IMG/VR virus record: IMGVR_UViG_3300034063_001922
Coordinates: 12,045 to 76,044 of that record
Reading direction: 5' to 3' (one strand)
DNA from: a virus
Length of the DNA stretch: 64,000 nt
The translations under genes were made by a program, and so were the position numbers. The notes under the pieces were generated by a model. That model was not told the origin of the DNA, made no database searches, and worked only from the letters and a program-made list of their open reading frames with translations. Shown here piece after piece: positions 18,958 to 29,299 of the stretch (its first letter is position 1; each line of letters opens with the position of its first letter).

Positions 18958-19061
18958 GAACCAGGATCACTGCAAGCAGGCCTGGCAAGATAGCCAGCGC
19001 TCCATAGCCGCTAGATTGAGCAGGCTCGGATACATCCGGGCGGTCTTTGTGGTGCTCCTCA

Positions 19062-19427
19062 ATGGCGGATCTCCTCCTTGCCCCTGCTCCGCCGGCGTCA
19101 GCCGCTGATCTCGACGCCCTGCTGGACGCGGTCACCGCGATCAAGGCCCAGCAGAAGGAGCTGGAGCAGCAGCTTGAGCCCCTGCTGGAGGCCCTCAGTG
19201 AGGCGATGGCCACCGGCCAGCTGGATCCCTCCTTCTCGCACAACGACTGGGCCTTCTGCCACAGCCCCGGCCGACTGAGCTACGCGTTCCCCGCGGCGGT
19301 GCAGCAGATCGAGCAGCAGCTCAAGGCCGCCAAGGAGAGCGCCATCCAGCAGGGCAGTGCGACGGAGAAGCGGGGCAAACCCTACTGGACCATCCGCCCC
19401 CCGAAGGCCCAGGACCAGCCGTTCTGA
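19062..19427 (+). CDS. Hypothetical coiled-coil phage protein
   Basis: Well-formed ORF in the operon. Confidence 0.65.
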   Translation: MADLLLAPAPPASAADLDALLDAVTAIKAQQKELEQQLEPLLEALSEAMATGQLDPSFSHNDWAFCHSPGRLSYAFPAAVQQIEQQLKAAKESAIQQGSATEKRGKPYWTIRPPKAQDQPF

Positions 19428-19431
19428 GCCG

Positions 19432-19953
19432 ATGCCGACGCGCGCCCGCAACTTGAGTGCTGCCGATCCGGTGGAGGAGCTGCGCGCTGCCGCCAGCACA
19501 GAGGACGACAACGGCCAGCCGATCTATGAGCCCACCGATCCCGCGCGGCCGATCGGTCATGCCAACCCACCGCGACGCACGAAGGGACAGGCGGCTCAGC
19601 CGCCGCCACGACCCTCGCGGCTGGAGGTGGAACGCCGCGTCGCTGAGGGGCAGTTGTGGATCGCCCAGCGCATTCCGCTGGCACTGATCTACGAAAAAGC
19701 TCGTGAAAGCTGGGGGGTGACCAACAGCCAGACGATCAACCGCTACCTCAACCTGGCCCGCGAGCGGATGGTGGAGGAGTTGATCTCCGACCGCCGCCGC
19801 CATCAGGCCGAGCAGATCTTTGCGCTGAATGACTGCGCCCGCCGGGCAATGGATGCCGAGCAGTTTTCGGCGGCGGTCGGTGCTTTCCGGGTGATCGCAG
19901 AGATCGGTGGACTGCTGCGCGCCCCGATCAAGCCCCCCGAGGCGAAGACCTGA
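19432..19953 (+). CDS. Probable terminase small subunit
   Basis: HTH-like helical protein whose stop overlaps the terL start. Confidence 0.55.
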   Translation: MPTRARNLSAADPVEELRAAASTEDDNGQPIYEPTDPARPIGHANPPRRTKGQAAQPPPRPSRLEVERRVAEGQLWIAQRIPLALIYEKARESWGVTNSQTINRYLNLARERMVEELISDRRRHQAEQIFALNDCARRAMDAEQFSAAVGAFRVIAEIGGLLRAPIKPPEAKT

Positions 19954-21653
19954 TGGGCCGCATTGCCTCCACCCTGCGGCCCATGGCCAGCGTCACGACC
20001 GATGGCGGGCTGCTGCTGGATCCCGCCACCGACCTGTGGGAGGACTGGGGGCTGCTCGGTGTTCCTGACCCTGACCGGGCGACAACTACCCGCCATGGCC
20101 TGCTGTTCCGCGACTTCATCCGCAGCGCCTTCCCCTCCTTCCAGTTCCACCGGCTGTCGGAGCTCCTGATCGACCTGCTTCAGCAGGTGGCCGATGGCCA
20201 GCTCACCCGTCTGATCGTCTGCTGTCCTCCACGCCATGGCAAATCTCAGCTGGTGTCACGCCTCTTCCCCGCTTACTGGGTGAGCCGGCACCCCGAGCTG
20301 TTCTGCGCCATCGCCAGCTACTCGGGGGAGCTGGCCTACGCCCACAGCCGGGAGGCCCGCCACTACTACCGGATCACGGGGCACGCCCTCTCCAAGGATT
20401 CGGCCGCGGTGGGCAACTGGCTGACGCCCCAGCGCGGTGGCTGCATTGCTGCCGGCGTGCGAGGCCCGTTCACCGGCAAGGGCTACAACCTGGGAATCAT
20501 TGATGACCCCTACAAAGGCCCCGAGGACGCCAAGAGCGCGCTGCAGCGGGAGCGGTTGATTGACTGGCTGAAGAGCGTGTGGTTCACCCGGGCAGAACCT
20601 GGCCTCACGGCCGATGGAGCCCTGCTCCCGGCGGCGCAGGTGGTGGTTCAGACCCGCTGGGACCACCACGACATGACCGCCTGGCTCCTGGAGCAGGAGG
20701 CCGAGGAAAACCCCGAGCACTGGACGGTGCTCAACCTGCCAGCGATCGCTGAGCCGGTGGCGATTTCTATGCAGATTCCGCATACCTGCAAGAAAGTCGC
20801 GGACTGGCGCCAGCCCGGAGAGGCGCTTTGCCCGGAGCGGGTGCCGCTGGCGGTTCTGCAGCGCATCCGCACCCGCCTGGGCTCCTACTGGTGGAACGCG
20901 CTCTACCAGCAGCGGCCCAGCCCCGCTGAGGGTCTGCTGTTCCGCAAGGACTGGATCCAGCCGCCGCTACCGATCGCCCCCGGCCAGCCCCGTCGCTACG
21001 CCCCGCTGGTGCTGAGCTGTGACCTGAGCTTTAAGGACGGCAAGGAGAACGACGCCTGCGGCTTTGCCCTGCTGGGCCTGTTGGAGCCGCAGCGTCATCC
21101 GGCAGTGGAGGCGCGGCGGCAGGGGCTGGCCCTGGCGGCCAATGCCGGCGGGGCTAAAGGAACGCCCAGGGGTGTGAATGCCACTCACTCCCTTGCTGGC
21201 GGCCCGGACCCATGGGCAGAACTGCAGATTGAGGCGCTCTGGGCCCATCGGCAGCGGCTGGATCTGCCGGGGGTGATCAAGTATCTGCTGGCTTCCCTCG
21301 CCTCTTTGGAGCGGCAGGGCCTCCGCCCCAACGCTGTCCTGATCGAGGACGCTGCCAACGGTCCGGCGGTCTGCCAACTGCTCAAACGGCAGGTGCCGGG
21401 GCTGATCGCCATCCCGCCCAAGGGCAGCAAGGCATCAAGGGCCCATGCCGTTGCACCGCTGGTGGAGGCGGGCCAGGTGCGCTTTGCCCGCAAGGCCGAC
21501 TCGCTGATTGAGGAGCTGCTGGCTTTCTCACCCAGAGGCGGGGTGGACGACCAGGTGGATGCCTTCTGCCAGGGGGTGCTCTGGATCGAGGCGCAGTTCT
21601 GGCGCGGCCGGGGGTATGGCAGCTCGCCGGTACCGATGGTGTTCAGCCGCTGA
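19953..21653 (+). CDS. terL: Terminase large subunit
   Basis: PPRHGKS, GIIDDPYKG, QTRWDHHD, ALYQQRP, SCDLSFKD, IEDAANG, DDQVDA. Confidence 0.93.
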   Translation: MGRIASTLRPMASVTTDGGLLLDPATDLWEDWGLLGVPDPDRATTTRHGLLFRDFIRSAFPSFQFHRLSELLIDLLQQVADGQLTRLIVCCPPRHGKSQLVSRLFPAYWVSRHPELFCAIASYSGELAYAHSREARHYYRITGHALSKDSAAVGNWLTPQRGGCIAAGVRGPFTGKGYNLGIIDDPYKGPEDAKSALQRERLIDWLKSVWFTRAEPGLTADGALLPAAQVVVQTRWDHHDMTAWLLEQEAEENPEHWTVLNLPAIAEPVAISMQIPHTCKKVADWRQPGEALCPERVPLAVLQRIRTRLGSYWWNALYQQRPSPAEGLLFRKDWIQPPLPIAPGQPRRYAPLVLSCDLSFKDGKENDACGFALLGLLEPQRHPAVEARRQGLALAANAGGAKGTPRGVNATHSLAGGPDPWAELQIEALWAHRQRLDLPGVIKYLLASLASLERQGLRPNAVLIEDAANGPAVCQLLKRQVPGLIAIPPKGSKASRAHAVAPLVEAGQVRFARKADSLIEELLAFSPRGGVDDQVDAFCQGVLWIEAQFWRGRGYGSSPVPMVFSR

Positions 21654-21656
21654 GCC

Positions 21657-22292
21657 ATGACCGACGCCATCCCCCGACCCCTGCGTACGCCCGCCTGCGG
21701 TGGTGCAGCCGGCCAACTCGATCTAACGCTGCGGCCGCCCGTGGTGGCGACGTGTCTGCCACGGCCCCACAGTGCCAAGCGTGTCGGGATTGGAGCTCGA
21801 CCACAAGCCCGGCCCCACTGCCAGGTCGATGCCGTTCAGTTGGTGATTGCCTTCCCGGCCAAGCCGCGGCGCCACCGCCCGATCAATCCCCATGCCGCCG
21901 CCAATGCTCTGGCACTGCAGCACCGCGATATCGCCAAGACCGTGGCCGGAAACATCTCGCGCCGCACCGGTCACCCGAAAGAAGATCTGGAGCAGATCGC
22001 CATGCTCGGCATCATCCAAGCCGCTCGCCGCTACTCACCGGAGCGGGGTTCATTTCGGCCCTACGCCCGAACCTACGCCAACGGGGAGGTGTATCACTAC
22101 CTGAGGGACAAGGGGTTCCTGATCAAGGTCCCGGCCAGTTGGAGGGAGCTGCACGCCCGTGGGCAGAAGATGCTCAGGTTGGGGACACCTATCGAGGAGC
22201 TACCAGAGAGACTAGGAGTCAGTCGGGAGCGGTGGGGAGAGATTTTGGCGGCGTGCAGTCAAAGGGTGGTGGCTTTTGAGGAGGGGGATTAG
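21657..22292 (+). CDS. SigF-like sigma-70 factor with regions 2-3 only
   Basis: EDLEQIAMLGIIQAARRYSPERG.F.PYA...GEVYHYLRDKGFLIKVP; stops before any region 4. Confidence 0.85.
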   Translation: MTDAIPRPLRTPACGGAAGQLDLTLRPPVVATCLPRPHSAKRVGIGARPQARPHCQVDAVQLVIAFPAKPRRHRPINPHAAANALALQHRDIAKTVAGNISRRTGHPKEDLEQIAMLGIIQAARRYSPERGSFRPYARTYANGEVYHYLRDKGFLIKVPASWRELHARGQKMLRLGTPIEELPERLGVSRERWGEILAACSQRVVAFEEGD

Positions 22293-22756
22293 TGAAATGT
22301 CCGTGAGAGGGGGGGGGTAGGCTTTGAATGCCAGAGCAACATACTTCGTGGAGAGCTGTCCACTCGAGGGTCTTGCTAGGGGTAGCCCGGAAAACCGGCA
22401 AGTCAGACATCGTCATTCAGACAAGGACACGAGTCTCAACTGCTGACCTGGCTGCCTGGCTGGCGCCTGGGTTACCCGGAGCATCTCCAGACCTCATTGA
22501 CGCCATAAGCATAAAAAATCGCACATCTTCCACTTTGCAGCTCCCATTTTAGCCTTATCAGGCAGCACCAAAGAAACCGAAATAAAATAGCACTTTCGGG
22601 CTATTCCTGATTGAAAAAAACTGCTCCTGATTGGCCTATCAAACCCAAACCTGAAAGAAAGGCTGCAATGCACCTACAGCTCTCAAATAAATGCTTATTT
22701 GAATTGCTGCATTGAACTGATGCATATCCTTAGCGCCCTCAAAAAGGGAATATACT

Positions 22757-23968
22757 TCAAAACCCAATATTAAAAAGGGGAACAGATCCGTTGCTCGGTG
22801 GACGCATGGACAACTGCAACAAGAATTTAATCAGAGACTCTGTAGAAGGTGAGTTCGCAAGCAGGCCGAAAAAGTCCTCGATTTCAAGGATATATACTCC
22901 TATGCCTTTCATTTCTTTTCCGCCTATGTTTAAAGATTCTTCGAGCATCCTAGCATTAATCATCCACGCGTCATCGACAATACATATGCAAATGACATTC
23001 GTAAAGCTCTCGCAGTATTCGCGTAACTTTATATCTTCGACAAAAGCAGGGTTCTGAGCGACGACTTCCTTTGCTCTATGCAGTTGTTCAAAAGCCTTGG
23101 AAATCAGGCGCGTAAATGAGCTTTCAACAGTACGCGGCTTTCGAGGGGTACCCTCGTATGGCCTGGATGCCTTCGATTCAATCAAGACAATTGTGCCATG
23201 GTCCGCAATCACAAAGTCAGCGAGCTCTATGTTAGTTCGAGTTCGAGGAGAGATAAATAGATTACCACCAGATTGAAAGTATCTAGTAATTATAGTGGTT
23301 AGTACGTGTTCTTGATAATAACCATGCTTACCTTCCTCAAGATATCTAGTAACAGACAAATGATCAGTGTACTTATTCGTCGTTAATACGTAAGGCTTAT
23401 CTCCTAGCTTATCGATGAGATTATAATTTTTATAGGTTGTTACGGATTTTTGGGACAAAGGGCCAAGCTCTAGTGAGTAACCATATTCTAGTACTTGATT
23501 TTTTGGAATATGACTGAAATTAGTCGATAAGCACTTATCAATCCACTCTTCTACAGATTGTTTGGGCTTCAAGATCTGAACAATTTCAGTATATACACAT
23601 TTTATGTTCCAATCAAACAAACCAACTTGGATCTGGGAGGCCTGCGCGAGTTGCTCAAACATGGGCGGCAGGCCTAAAGCAGCTTCACTAAGCTGACTAT
23701 TCTTGGAGTTAGAATTCCACGTTTTAGAAATAAAGAAGGGTGTGCCGACCACATCGTGCAACGTGAAAGATAGTGTATTTGGTTCAACTGCAGGACATCC
23801 TATAACAAGTCCAATGGGGGCACCGTTAATGATAGAGAGAGTTTGAGTTGGGGTGAGCTTTAAATAAAGAACAAACGGTTCATCTTCTCTTGGCTCTATT
23901 GCAAAAGTTCTTTCATGAGTTCGCTTCAACTCTAATACAGCCTGGATGCCTGGAATAAGCAGTGCCAT
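22757..23968 (-). CDS. Accessory protein with C-terminal PD-(D/E)XK/NERD-like nuclease motif
   Basis: AT-rich moron; ELADFVI..VLIESKA..KAFEQL. Confidence 0.6.
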   Translation of the reverse strand: MALLIPGIQAVLELKRTHERTFAIEPREDEPFVLYLKLTPTQTLSIINGAPIGLVIGCPAVEPNTLSFTLHDVVGTPFFISKTWNSNSKNSQLSEAALGLPPMFEQLAQASQIQVGLFDWNIKCVYTEIVQILKPKQSVEEWIDKCLSTNFSHIPKNQVLEYGYSLELGPLSQKSVTTYKNYNLIDKLGDKPYVLTTNKYTDHLSVTRYLEEGKHGYYQEHVLTTIITRYFQSGGNLFISPRTRTNIELADFVIADHGTIVLIESKASRPYEGTPRKPRTVESSFTRLISKAFEQLHRAKEVVAQNPAFVEDIKLREYCESFTNVICICIVDDAWMINARMLEESLNIGGKEMKGIGVYILEIEDFFGLLANSPSTESLIKFLLQLSMRPPSNGSVPLFNIGF

Positions 23969-24157
23969 ATGAGTATGTATCTCTAGAAGTTGTTTGTGTG
24001 AAAGCAAAGAAGCTTGGCAGCACCCTGCGCGTCGTTCACCGGCACGCATGCAAAAATTACCATTAGTACCATTGGTTTAACATCGGAACCGTCTGAGTGC
24101 GCAATGATCATGGGCTTTTCGAGCAGCATGTTCATGAAAGTTCATTCAACTAATTGC

Positions 24158-25747
24158 TCATTCTATGTCGCATAAACTTGCTACATGGCGCTCTAACCAT
24201 TCAGAATTCTCGAAAGATGCGCCAAGGAAACTGGCACCCGAGAAATCAGTTCCGCCAACTTCTTTAAGGGATTGCAATTTCGCACCGGCGAACAATGCAC
24301 CTTGCAAGGATGATCCCTTAATTGATGTACCAGACAGAATAGCATTAGTAAAGTCTGCTCCAATTGCTTTTACGCCATTCAGCTGAGCTCCGCTCAAGTT
24401 TGAGCCCCTAAATGAACTATTGCCGATGAGGGAGCTTGAAAAGTTACAGCGAAATAATTCGGCGCCGTCAAAGACCACATTTTTTGCAAATACATTGATA
24501 AACTTCGCTGCATGCAGTTGTGTGCCACGGAAGCTAGTACGAGTTAGTTTTGCTCCACTAAACTTTGCAGCTTTGCATGAGCTGTCGTCAAAAATAGCGT
24601 CGTGGAGTTTTGCCATTTTAAAATTTGAATCGCCAAGATCTGCCGAGGAGAAATCACAATTTTTGAACGATGACCTTTGCAATACAGCCTTTGTCATGTG
24701 TGTTCTTCTGAATGAGGACCCGTCAAAAGTGGAATCACTAAGATTGCTCATTGTCAGATCAGCATTGTCAAATACCCATTGCTCAAGGTTGAGCCTGCTA
24801 AGATTTATAAACCGAAGGTTAGCATTTCTTAAGTCACCAGGAAAGCCTGCATCTAAATGAGAAGCAACCTCCTCAATAGCTCTACGAACTATTGCATGAG
24901 ACTCTTGAAGTCTCCAAAGCAGTTGTAGGAGGCTTGATCGCGATTCACAGCTATCGGCAGATGGGTAGACAATGGCAACTGCTGATTTCCTCTTGGATTC
25001 ACCCAACTGTATTTCAACTGCATCCTCAGAGGCCAGGATTTCTTTTACACCTTGAATATTTAAACCGATTACTGTGGCGATATTGTCGATTGGCTCGTTG
25101 ATTGTTATTAGTTTTGCTATCAGCAAGATTTCTTGCCTGCGAATAGCAATCGTGGCATCGCGGAGTGTCTTAAGTGTTGCGCCCCCAGTGGTCTTCAAGC
25201 TAGCTATTATTGTGTCAACGACTTGATTATCGGACTCTGACTGAAGAGCGTCGACCAGGAAAGTTGTCGATTCCGGATACTCTCCGATTGCACGGGCAGC
25301 GGCTACTCGGCTCCTGGGATTCTCGCTGCCAAACTGCTGCAATAAATGCGAAATTCGTTCTTGCCTGCTTTGCAATCGTTGCTGGTTCTGACTTGCAATC
25401 TGAAGGCGTTGGGCACGTGTAGCACTCCAGGCTGAAATCGCTGCCGCCAAAAGAGCAGAGAACAATGTGCCGAACTGAAGAAACAGCGTGTATCGGCCCG
25501 TGCCTCTATCGTACTCTAGCTTATCAATTTCGGCTCGAAGTTTTTCTAGCTCTAGCTTGTCTCGCTTATCCTTGTATGTGATTATCGTGCTGTTTGTGAA
25601 ATTATGAGCCGGCTGCTTTGGAGGGTCGGCTGGCTTGCCCCAATCTGGTTTTTTCGGAGATGGTTGCGGCAATGCTGGATGAATGAATGAGAAGCCAGCA
25701 AACCCAGCAATGAGAGTGGCGCAAGCGGATGCGAGGTTGATGCCCAT
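24158..25747 (-). CDS. Membrane-anchored HEAT + pentapeptide-repeat protein
   Basis: Two hydrophobic segments, SRVAAARAIG HEAT-like repeat, long (A/S)x(L/F)xx pentapeptide array; AT-rich. Confidence 0.85.
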   Translation of the reverse strand: MGINLASACATLIAGFAGFSFIHPALPQPSPKKPDWGKPADPPKQPAHNFTNSTIITYKDKRDKLELEKLRAEIDKLEYDRGTGRYTLFLQFGTLFSALLAAAISAWSATRAQRLQIASQNQQRLQSRQERISHLLQQFGSENPRSRVAAARAIGEYPESTTFLVDALQSESDNQVVDTIIASLKTTGGATLKTLRDATIAIRRQEILLIAKLITINEPIDNIATVIGLNIQGVKEILASEDAVEIQLGESKRKSAVAIVYPSADSCESRSSLLQLLWRLQESHAIVRRAIEEVASHLDAGFPGDLRNANLRFINLSRLNLEQWVFDNADLTMSNLSDSTFDGSSFRRTHMTKAVLQRSSFKNCDFSSADLGDSNFKMAKLHDAIFDDSSCKAAKFSGAKLTRTSFRGTQLHAAKFINVFAKNVVFDGAELFRCNFSSSLIGNSSFRGSNLSGAQLNGVKAIGADFTNAILSGTSIKGSSLQGALFAGAKLQSLKEVGGTDFSGASFLGASFENSEWLERHVASLCDIE

Positions 25748-26050
25748 TTGTTTCGTCCAGGAATAGACATGCTCAATAGCCAGCTGTCGCAAGCTATTCG
25801 TTTGATGCTTCTGTAAGCCACAAGTGCTCTGCCGCTCCCTTCCGAGAAGCGTTTTGCGCAAGCATGCGCTACCTGGTTTGACCCCAATGCAGGCACGGCT
25901 TTATTAGCAGACCTCGCTATCTGTAGCAATGGTTCTCAGGTCCGTGAACCAAAAGTTCAAGCGGTGAAACAATGCCTAGGCGTCTGCTCCACTTATCTGG
26001 CCACTGCTCAGCTGGTTCGTGCTGATCCCCGACAGGGCACGAGCATCCGT

Positions 26051-26059
26051 TGGCAAAAG
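26051..26059 (+). promoter_or_regulatory. TGGCAANAG late-promoter-like motif (portal)
   Basis: TGGCAAAAG 38 nt before in-frame GTG 26089. Confidence 0.5.
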
Positions 26060-26088
26060 TTTGCACCCCCCAGCGCAATATCGCCACA

Positions 26089-27651
26089 GTGCCCCAAAAC
26101 ACCATCTCGCATGTAGCCAGGATCTCTCCCCCCTGGCAAGCACACCCCACCCTGACCGCCCTGCAGCCCTCCCTACAGATCACCGCCGACTGTTGGGCCC
26201 TGCTGGCAGCCCCTGACGGCAGCAGCCGCAAGGAGCACTACCTGCCCAAGGGCGAACGGGAGCCGGAGACGGCCTACCGCAAGCGCCTCGACGCCGCCCG
26301 CCCCTCGGGCTTCTTCCGTGATGCCCTACGCACTTACGCCGGCATGCTCAGCCGAGGCAGCTGGATCAGCCTCCCGGCAAGCCTGGCTTCAGTGCTCACC
26401 GACGTCGATGGCCGGGGCACGGACCTGGGCGTGTTCCTCGCCGCTGCTGACCTGCTGGTGCTGCGCGATGGCGCGGCCCTGGTGCTGGTGCTGCCGCCTG
26501 AGCACAGCTGGCCCAGCGAGGGCGACCGGCAGGAGGCCCTCCGCTGTGGCGACCGCCTTTCGCTGCCCCGCCTGCAGCTGGTGCCCAGGGCTAACTGCCT
26601 GAACTGGGAGCTGCCGGTGTCGTACGGCCTGCCGGGGCTGATTATCTGGCGGGAACCGGTGAACCTGCCGATCAGCACTGAGGCCCCCGGCAGCGAGGGC
26701 GCTGTCACTGAGCAGATCCAGGCCCTGCTGGGTGATGCCGATGCCCCAGACCGCTGGCACTACCGCAGCCTGCAGCTGCTCACGGCCGGAGATGCGATCC
26801 CGGGTCTGCAGCTGGCCCACCACCCGGTCTGCGCCGACCCCCAGGCCACCAGCGGCTGGCGTTGCGATGAGCCGGTGGTCACCACGTTTGATGGCATCCA
26901 CCGGCTACCGGCCTGCTGGTACACCTCCGATGGCTCGGCCTTCGGTGAGGGCGACTTGCCCCACCTGGGCCTGGCGCATCAGTACCTCAACCACTTCCGC
27001 TGCAAGAGCGAGTACGAGGAGCTGCTGAGCCGCACAGCTCTTCCCGTTGGCGTCAGGAAGGGGATGGTGGATGCCATGGGCAACAGCCAGGCCGGCCCAG
27101 TGGTGCTGGGCCCCAACACCTGCATGGATCTGCCGGCCGATGCGTCCTTTGAGTTCGTGGAGATCCGGGCTCGATCGCTGGCCGAGCACCGGGCCTGGCT
27201 GCAGATCCTCGATGACACCATGCGCCGCGATGCGCTGATCCCATCTCAGAACCGCGGTGCGGCCCGCACCGAGATGGAGATCAGCCTCACGGCCTCCCAG
27301 AGCTATGCCCTGCTGCAGGCGATGGCGATCCAGAAGGCGTCGCTGTTCTCGACCCTCCTGCAGCACTGGTGTGCCCTCACCGGTGAGCCCCTCGACCCCG
27401 GTGCCGGGCTGCAGGTGACGGTCAGCCCGCTCACCCCACCGATCCAGCCCCAGCCGCAGGTGAAGGAGTGGATCGAGCTCTTTGACAAGGGGGTGATTAG
27501 CCGGGAGGAGCTCCGCCACCAGCTGGCCCTGGCGACAGCCAATGCGATCAGCAGCCCGACGCTGGATGACAGCCCGGCAACCAAGGCTGGGGAGGACTCG
27601 GCGTCGGTGCCCCTCAGGCAAGAGGAGTCAGCCGCGTCTGCAGCCGCATGA
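26089..27651 (+). CDS. Portal protein (DUF4055-like)
   Basis: KEHYLPKGERE..AYRKRL, LAHQYLNHFRCKSEYEELL; size and position after terminase; start uncertain. Confidence 0.8.
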   Translation: MPQNTISHVARISPPWQAHPTLTALQPSLQITADCWALLAAPDGSSRKEHYLPKGEREPETAYRKRLDAARPSGFFRDALRTYAGMLSRGSWISLPASLASVLTDVDGRGTDLGVFLAAADLLVLRDGAALVLVLPPEHSWPSEGDRQEALRCGDRLSLPRLQLVPRANCLNWELPVSYGLPGLIIWREPVNLPISTEAPGSEGAVTEQIQALLGDADAPDRWHYRSLQLLTAGDAIPGLQLAHHPVCADPQATSGWRCDEPVVTTFDGIHRLPACWYTSDGSAFGEGDLPHLGLAHQYLNHFRCKSEYEELLSRTALPVGVRKGMVDAMGNSQAGPVVLGPNTCMDLPADASFEFVEIRARSLAEHRAWLQILDDTMRRDALIPSQNRGAARTEMEISLTASQSYALLQAMAIQKASLFSTLLQHWCALTGEPLDPGAGLQVTVSPLTPPIQPQPQVKEWIELFDKGVISREELRHQLALATANAISSPTLDDSPATKAGEDSASVPLRQEESAASAAA

Positions 27652-28166
27652 GCCAGACCCCCACTGAATCCGCTTACCGCTGGCGAGCTGCTGACCTGGA
27701 GGGCATCCGCGTTGCCCTCTCGATCCCGGCCCGCCTGCCGGCCATCCGCGCCATCAACGACGCGATGGCGGAGCTGGAGCAGCTCTACCCCGACGCCATC
27801 CCCACCGCCCGGCGGGAACTGGATGCGATCGCTGCCATCGACACCGAGCTTGCGGGGCTGACCCCGGATCAGCTGCAGGCGCCGATCGAGACCCGCCGCA
27901 AGGCCGCCAGCCCCGACGCCCTCCCGGAGGACGGGACGCTGCCGGTCAAGAAGGCAGACGTGATCGAGTTCGACACCGAACTGCTGCGGGAGGAGACGAT
28001 CACCCGTTACGGCAGTGGGCTCTCGATCGAGGCAGCCCTGCGGCGCCAGCGGGGGAGCCATGCCCGGGCCCTGCTGCTGCTCCTGCCGACCCTGGAGAGC
28101 TGGAGCCGCGACCCACAGCTGGGCAACCATGGCAGCGCCTTCACCACGGTGCTGGCGCGGGGCTGA
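27648..28166 (+). CDS. Hypothetical virion morphogenesis protein
   Basis: Coupled to the portal stop (ATGA). Confidence 0.6.
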   Translation: MSQTPTESAYRWRAADLEGIRVALSIPARLPAIRAINDAMAELEQLYPDAIPTARRELDAIAAIDTELAGLTPDQLQAPIETRRKAASPDALPEDGTLPVKKADVIEFDTELLREETITRYGSGLSIEAALRRQRGSHARALLLLLPTLESWSRDPQLGNHGSAFTTVLARG

Positions 28167-28169
28167 GCC

Positions 28170-29225
28170 ATGACGCTCACCCCTGGCCCTGCGGCTTTGC
28201 CCCCGTCGGTGCTGCAGCCCTACGCGAATGCCCGGCTGCTCCTCACCATCCACCAGCTGCCTGGGCGTTTTGATTCGCCGCGCCTGGGCCGGATGGTCTG
28301 CGAGGCCTTCCTCAAGCGCGGGCGCATGGTGGGCGAGAGCAGCAGCGGCCTTGGCATCGACAGCGGTGACTTCCTCTACTCGGGCTATCTCTGCCGCTCG
28401 ACCTTGCTCGACGCCCAGCCCAGCAATCCCTGGGACTGGCTGACGGCCGGTATCGCCTGGAGCGAGGTCGGTTTCCGGCCGCCCCTGGCGGATGGCCGCT
28501 GCTGTGAGGCGCCTGCCCAGGGCGCCATCTGGCTGGGCTCCCTGGCTGCGCTGCAATCTCCCGGGGTGCTGCCGCCAACCGGCCGGGGCCAGCTGGCCGG
28601 TCTCACCGTGACCGAGTTCGCGGGACCCTTCGGGGCTGGCGGCATCGGGTCGCTGACGCAGCCGCTGCTGGGTGAGCGGCTGGAGCTGGTGCTCAAGCCC
28701 AACCGCATCGCCCTGGTGCAAGCCGGCGACACCCTTCTCTCGCTCGCTGAGCGCTACGGCACCACACCCGAGACGCTTCGCTCGCTGAACAGCGACATCA
28801 GCGCCAACACCGTGATCACGACCGCTGCGGGCGACACGCTGAACAGCCTGGCCCAGCTGCATGGCACCACCGTCAGCTGGCTGCGGGATCAGCCCGAGAA
28901 CGCCTGGCTGCTGCGTCCCGAGGGCCACACCGTCGCCGCAGGCGACACCCTCACCTTGGTGGCCCAGATGTACGGGACGACCCGATCGACACTGCGCAAG
29001 CTCAACCCCACCTACGCCGACTACCGGGAGTGGCCCGGCGATGCCCCGTTGCCGCTGGGGGAGGTGCTGAATCTGTTTGCGATCAGGCCTTCCGACATCC
29101 TGCTGGCAGGAGAGCCGCTGCTGGTGCCGCTGTATCGACCTTCTACGCCGCTGCCCGCCGGCGGCTGGTTATTCCTGCCGCGGCGCCGGGCAGCAGCCAG
29201 CGCGTCTCCGGAACCGGATCTGTAG
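28170..29225 (+). CDS. Protein with three LysM domains
   Basis: Three GDTL..LA..YGTT...L..LN-type repeats. Confidence 0.85.
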   Translation: MTLTPGPAALPPSVLQPYANARLLLTIHQLPGRFDSPRLGRMVCEAFLKRGRMVGESSSGLGIDSGDFLYSGYLCRSTLLDAQPSNPWDWLTAGIAWSEVGFRPPLADGRCCEAPAQGAIWLGSLAALQSPGVLPPTGRGQLAGLTVTEFAGPFGAGGIGSLTQPLLGERLELVLKPNRIALVQAGDTLLSLAERYGTTPETLRSLNSDISANTVITTAAGDTLNSLAQLHGTTVSWLRDQPENAWLLRPEGHTVAAGDTLTLVAQMYGTTRSTLRKLNPTYADYREWPGDAPLPLGEVLNLFAIRPSDILLAGEPLLVPLYRPSTPLPAGGWLFLPRRRAAASASPEPDL

Positions 29226-29237
29226 CTCACACCAGCG

Positions 29238-29253
29238 TGGCAATAGGTCGTGA
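29238..29253 (+). promoter_or_regulatory. TGGCAATAG-N3-GTGA late-promoter-like motif (scaffold)
   Basis: Same motif at 32159 and 37755. Confidence 0.65.
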
Positions 29254-29299
29254 GCACAGCCCGGATGGGGTGCTCACTCCACGACAGCCGCGATGGGTC

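Noticed and set aside
18983-18991. TGGCAAGAT as another late-promoter copy upstream of the terminase operon
   Set aside because: Mismatch in the conserved AG, no GTGA, and atypical 79-nt distance; left unassigned.
22328-22552. Small + strand ORF after the sigma gene as the missing region 4
   Set aside because: The translation shows no region-4 HTH pattern and the coding evidence is weak.
26050-26088. TTG start of the portal given by the ORF track
   Set aside because: It overlaps the TGGCAAAAG promoter-like motif; GTG 26089 is more plausible, though unproven.
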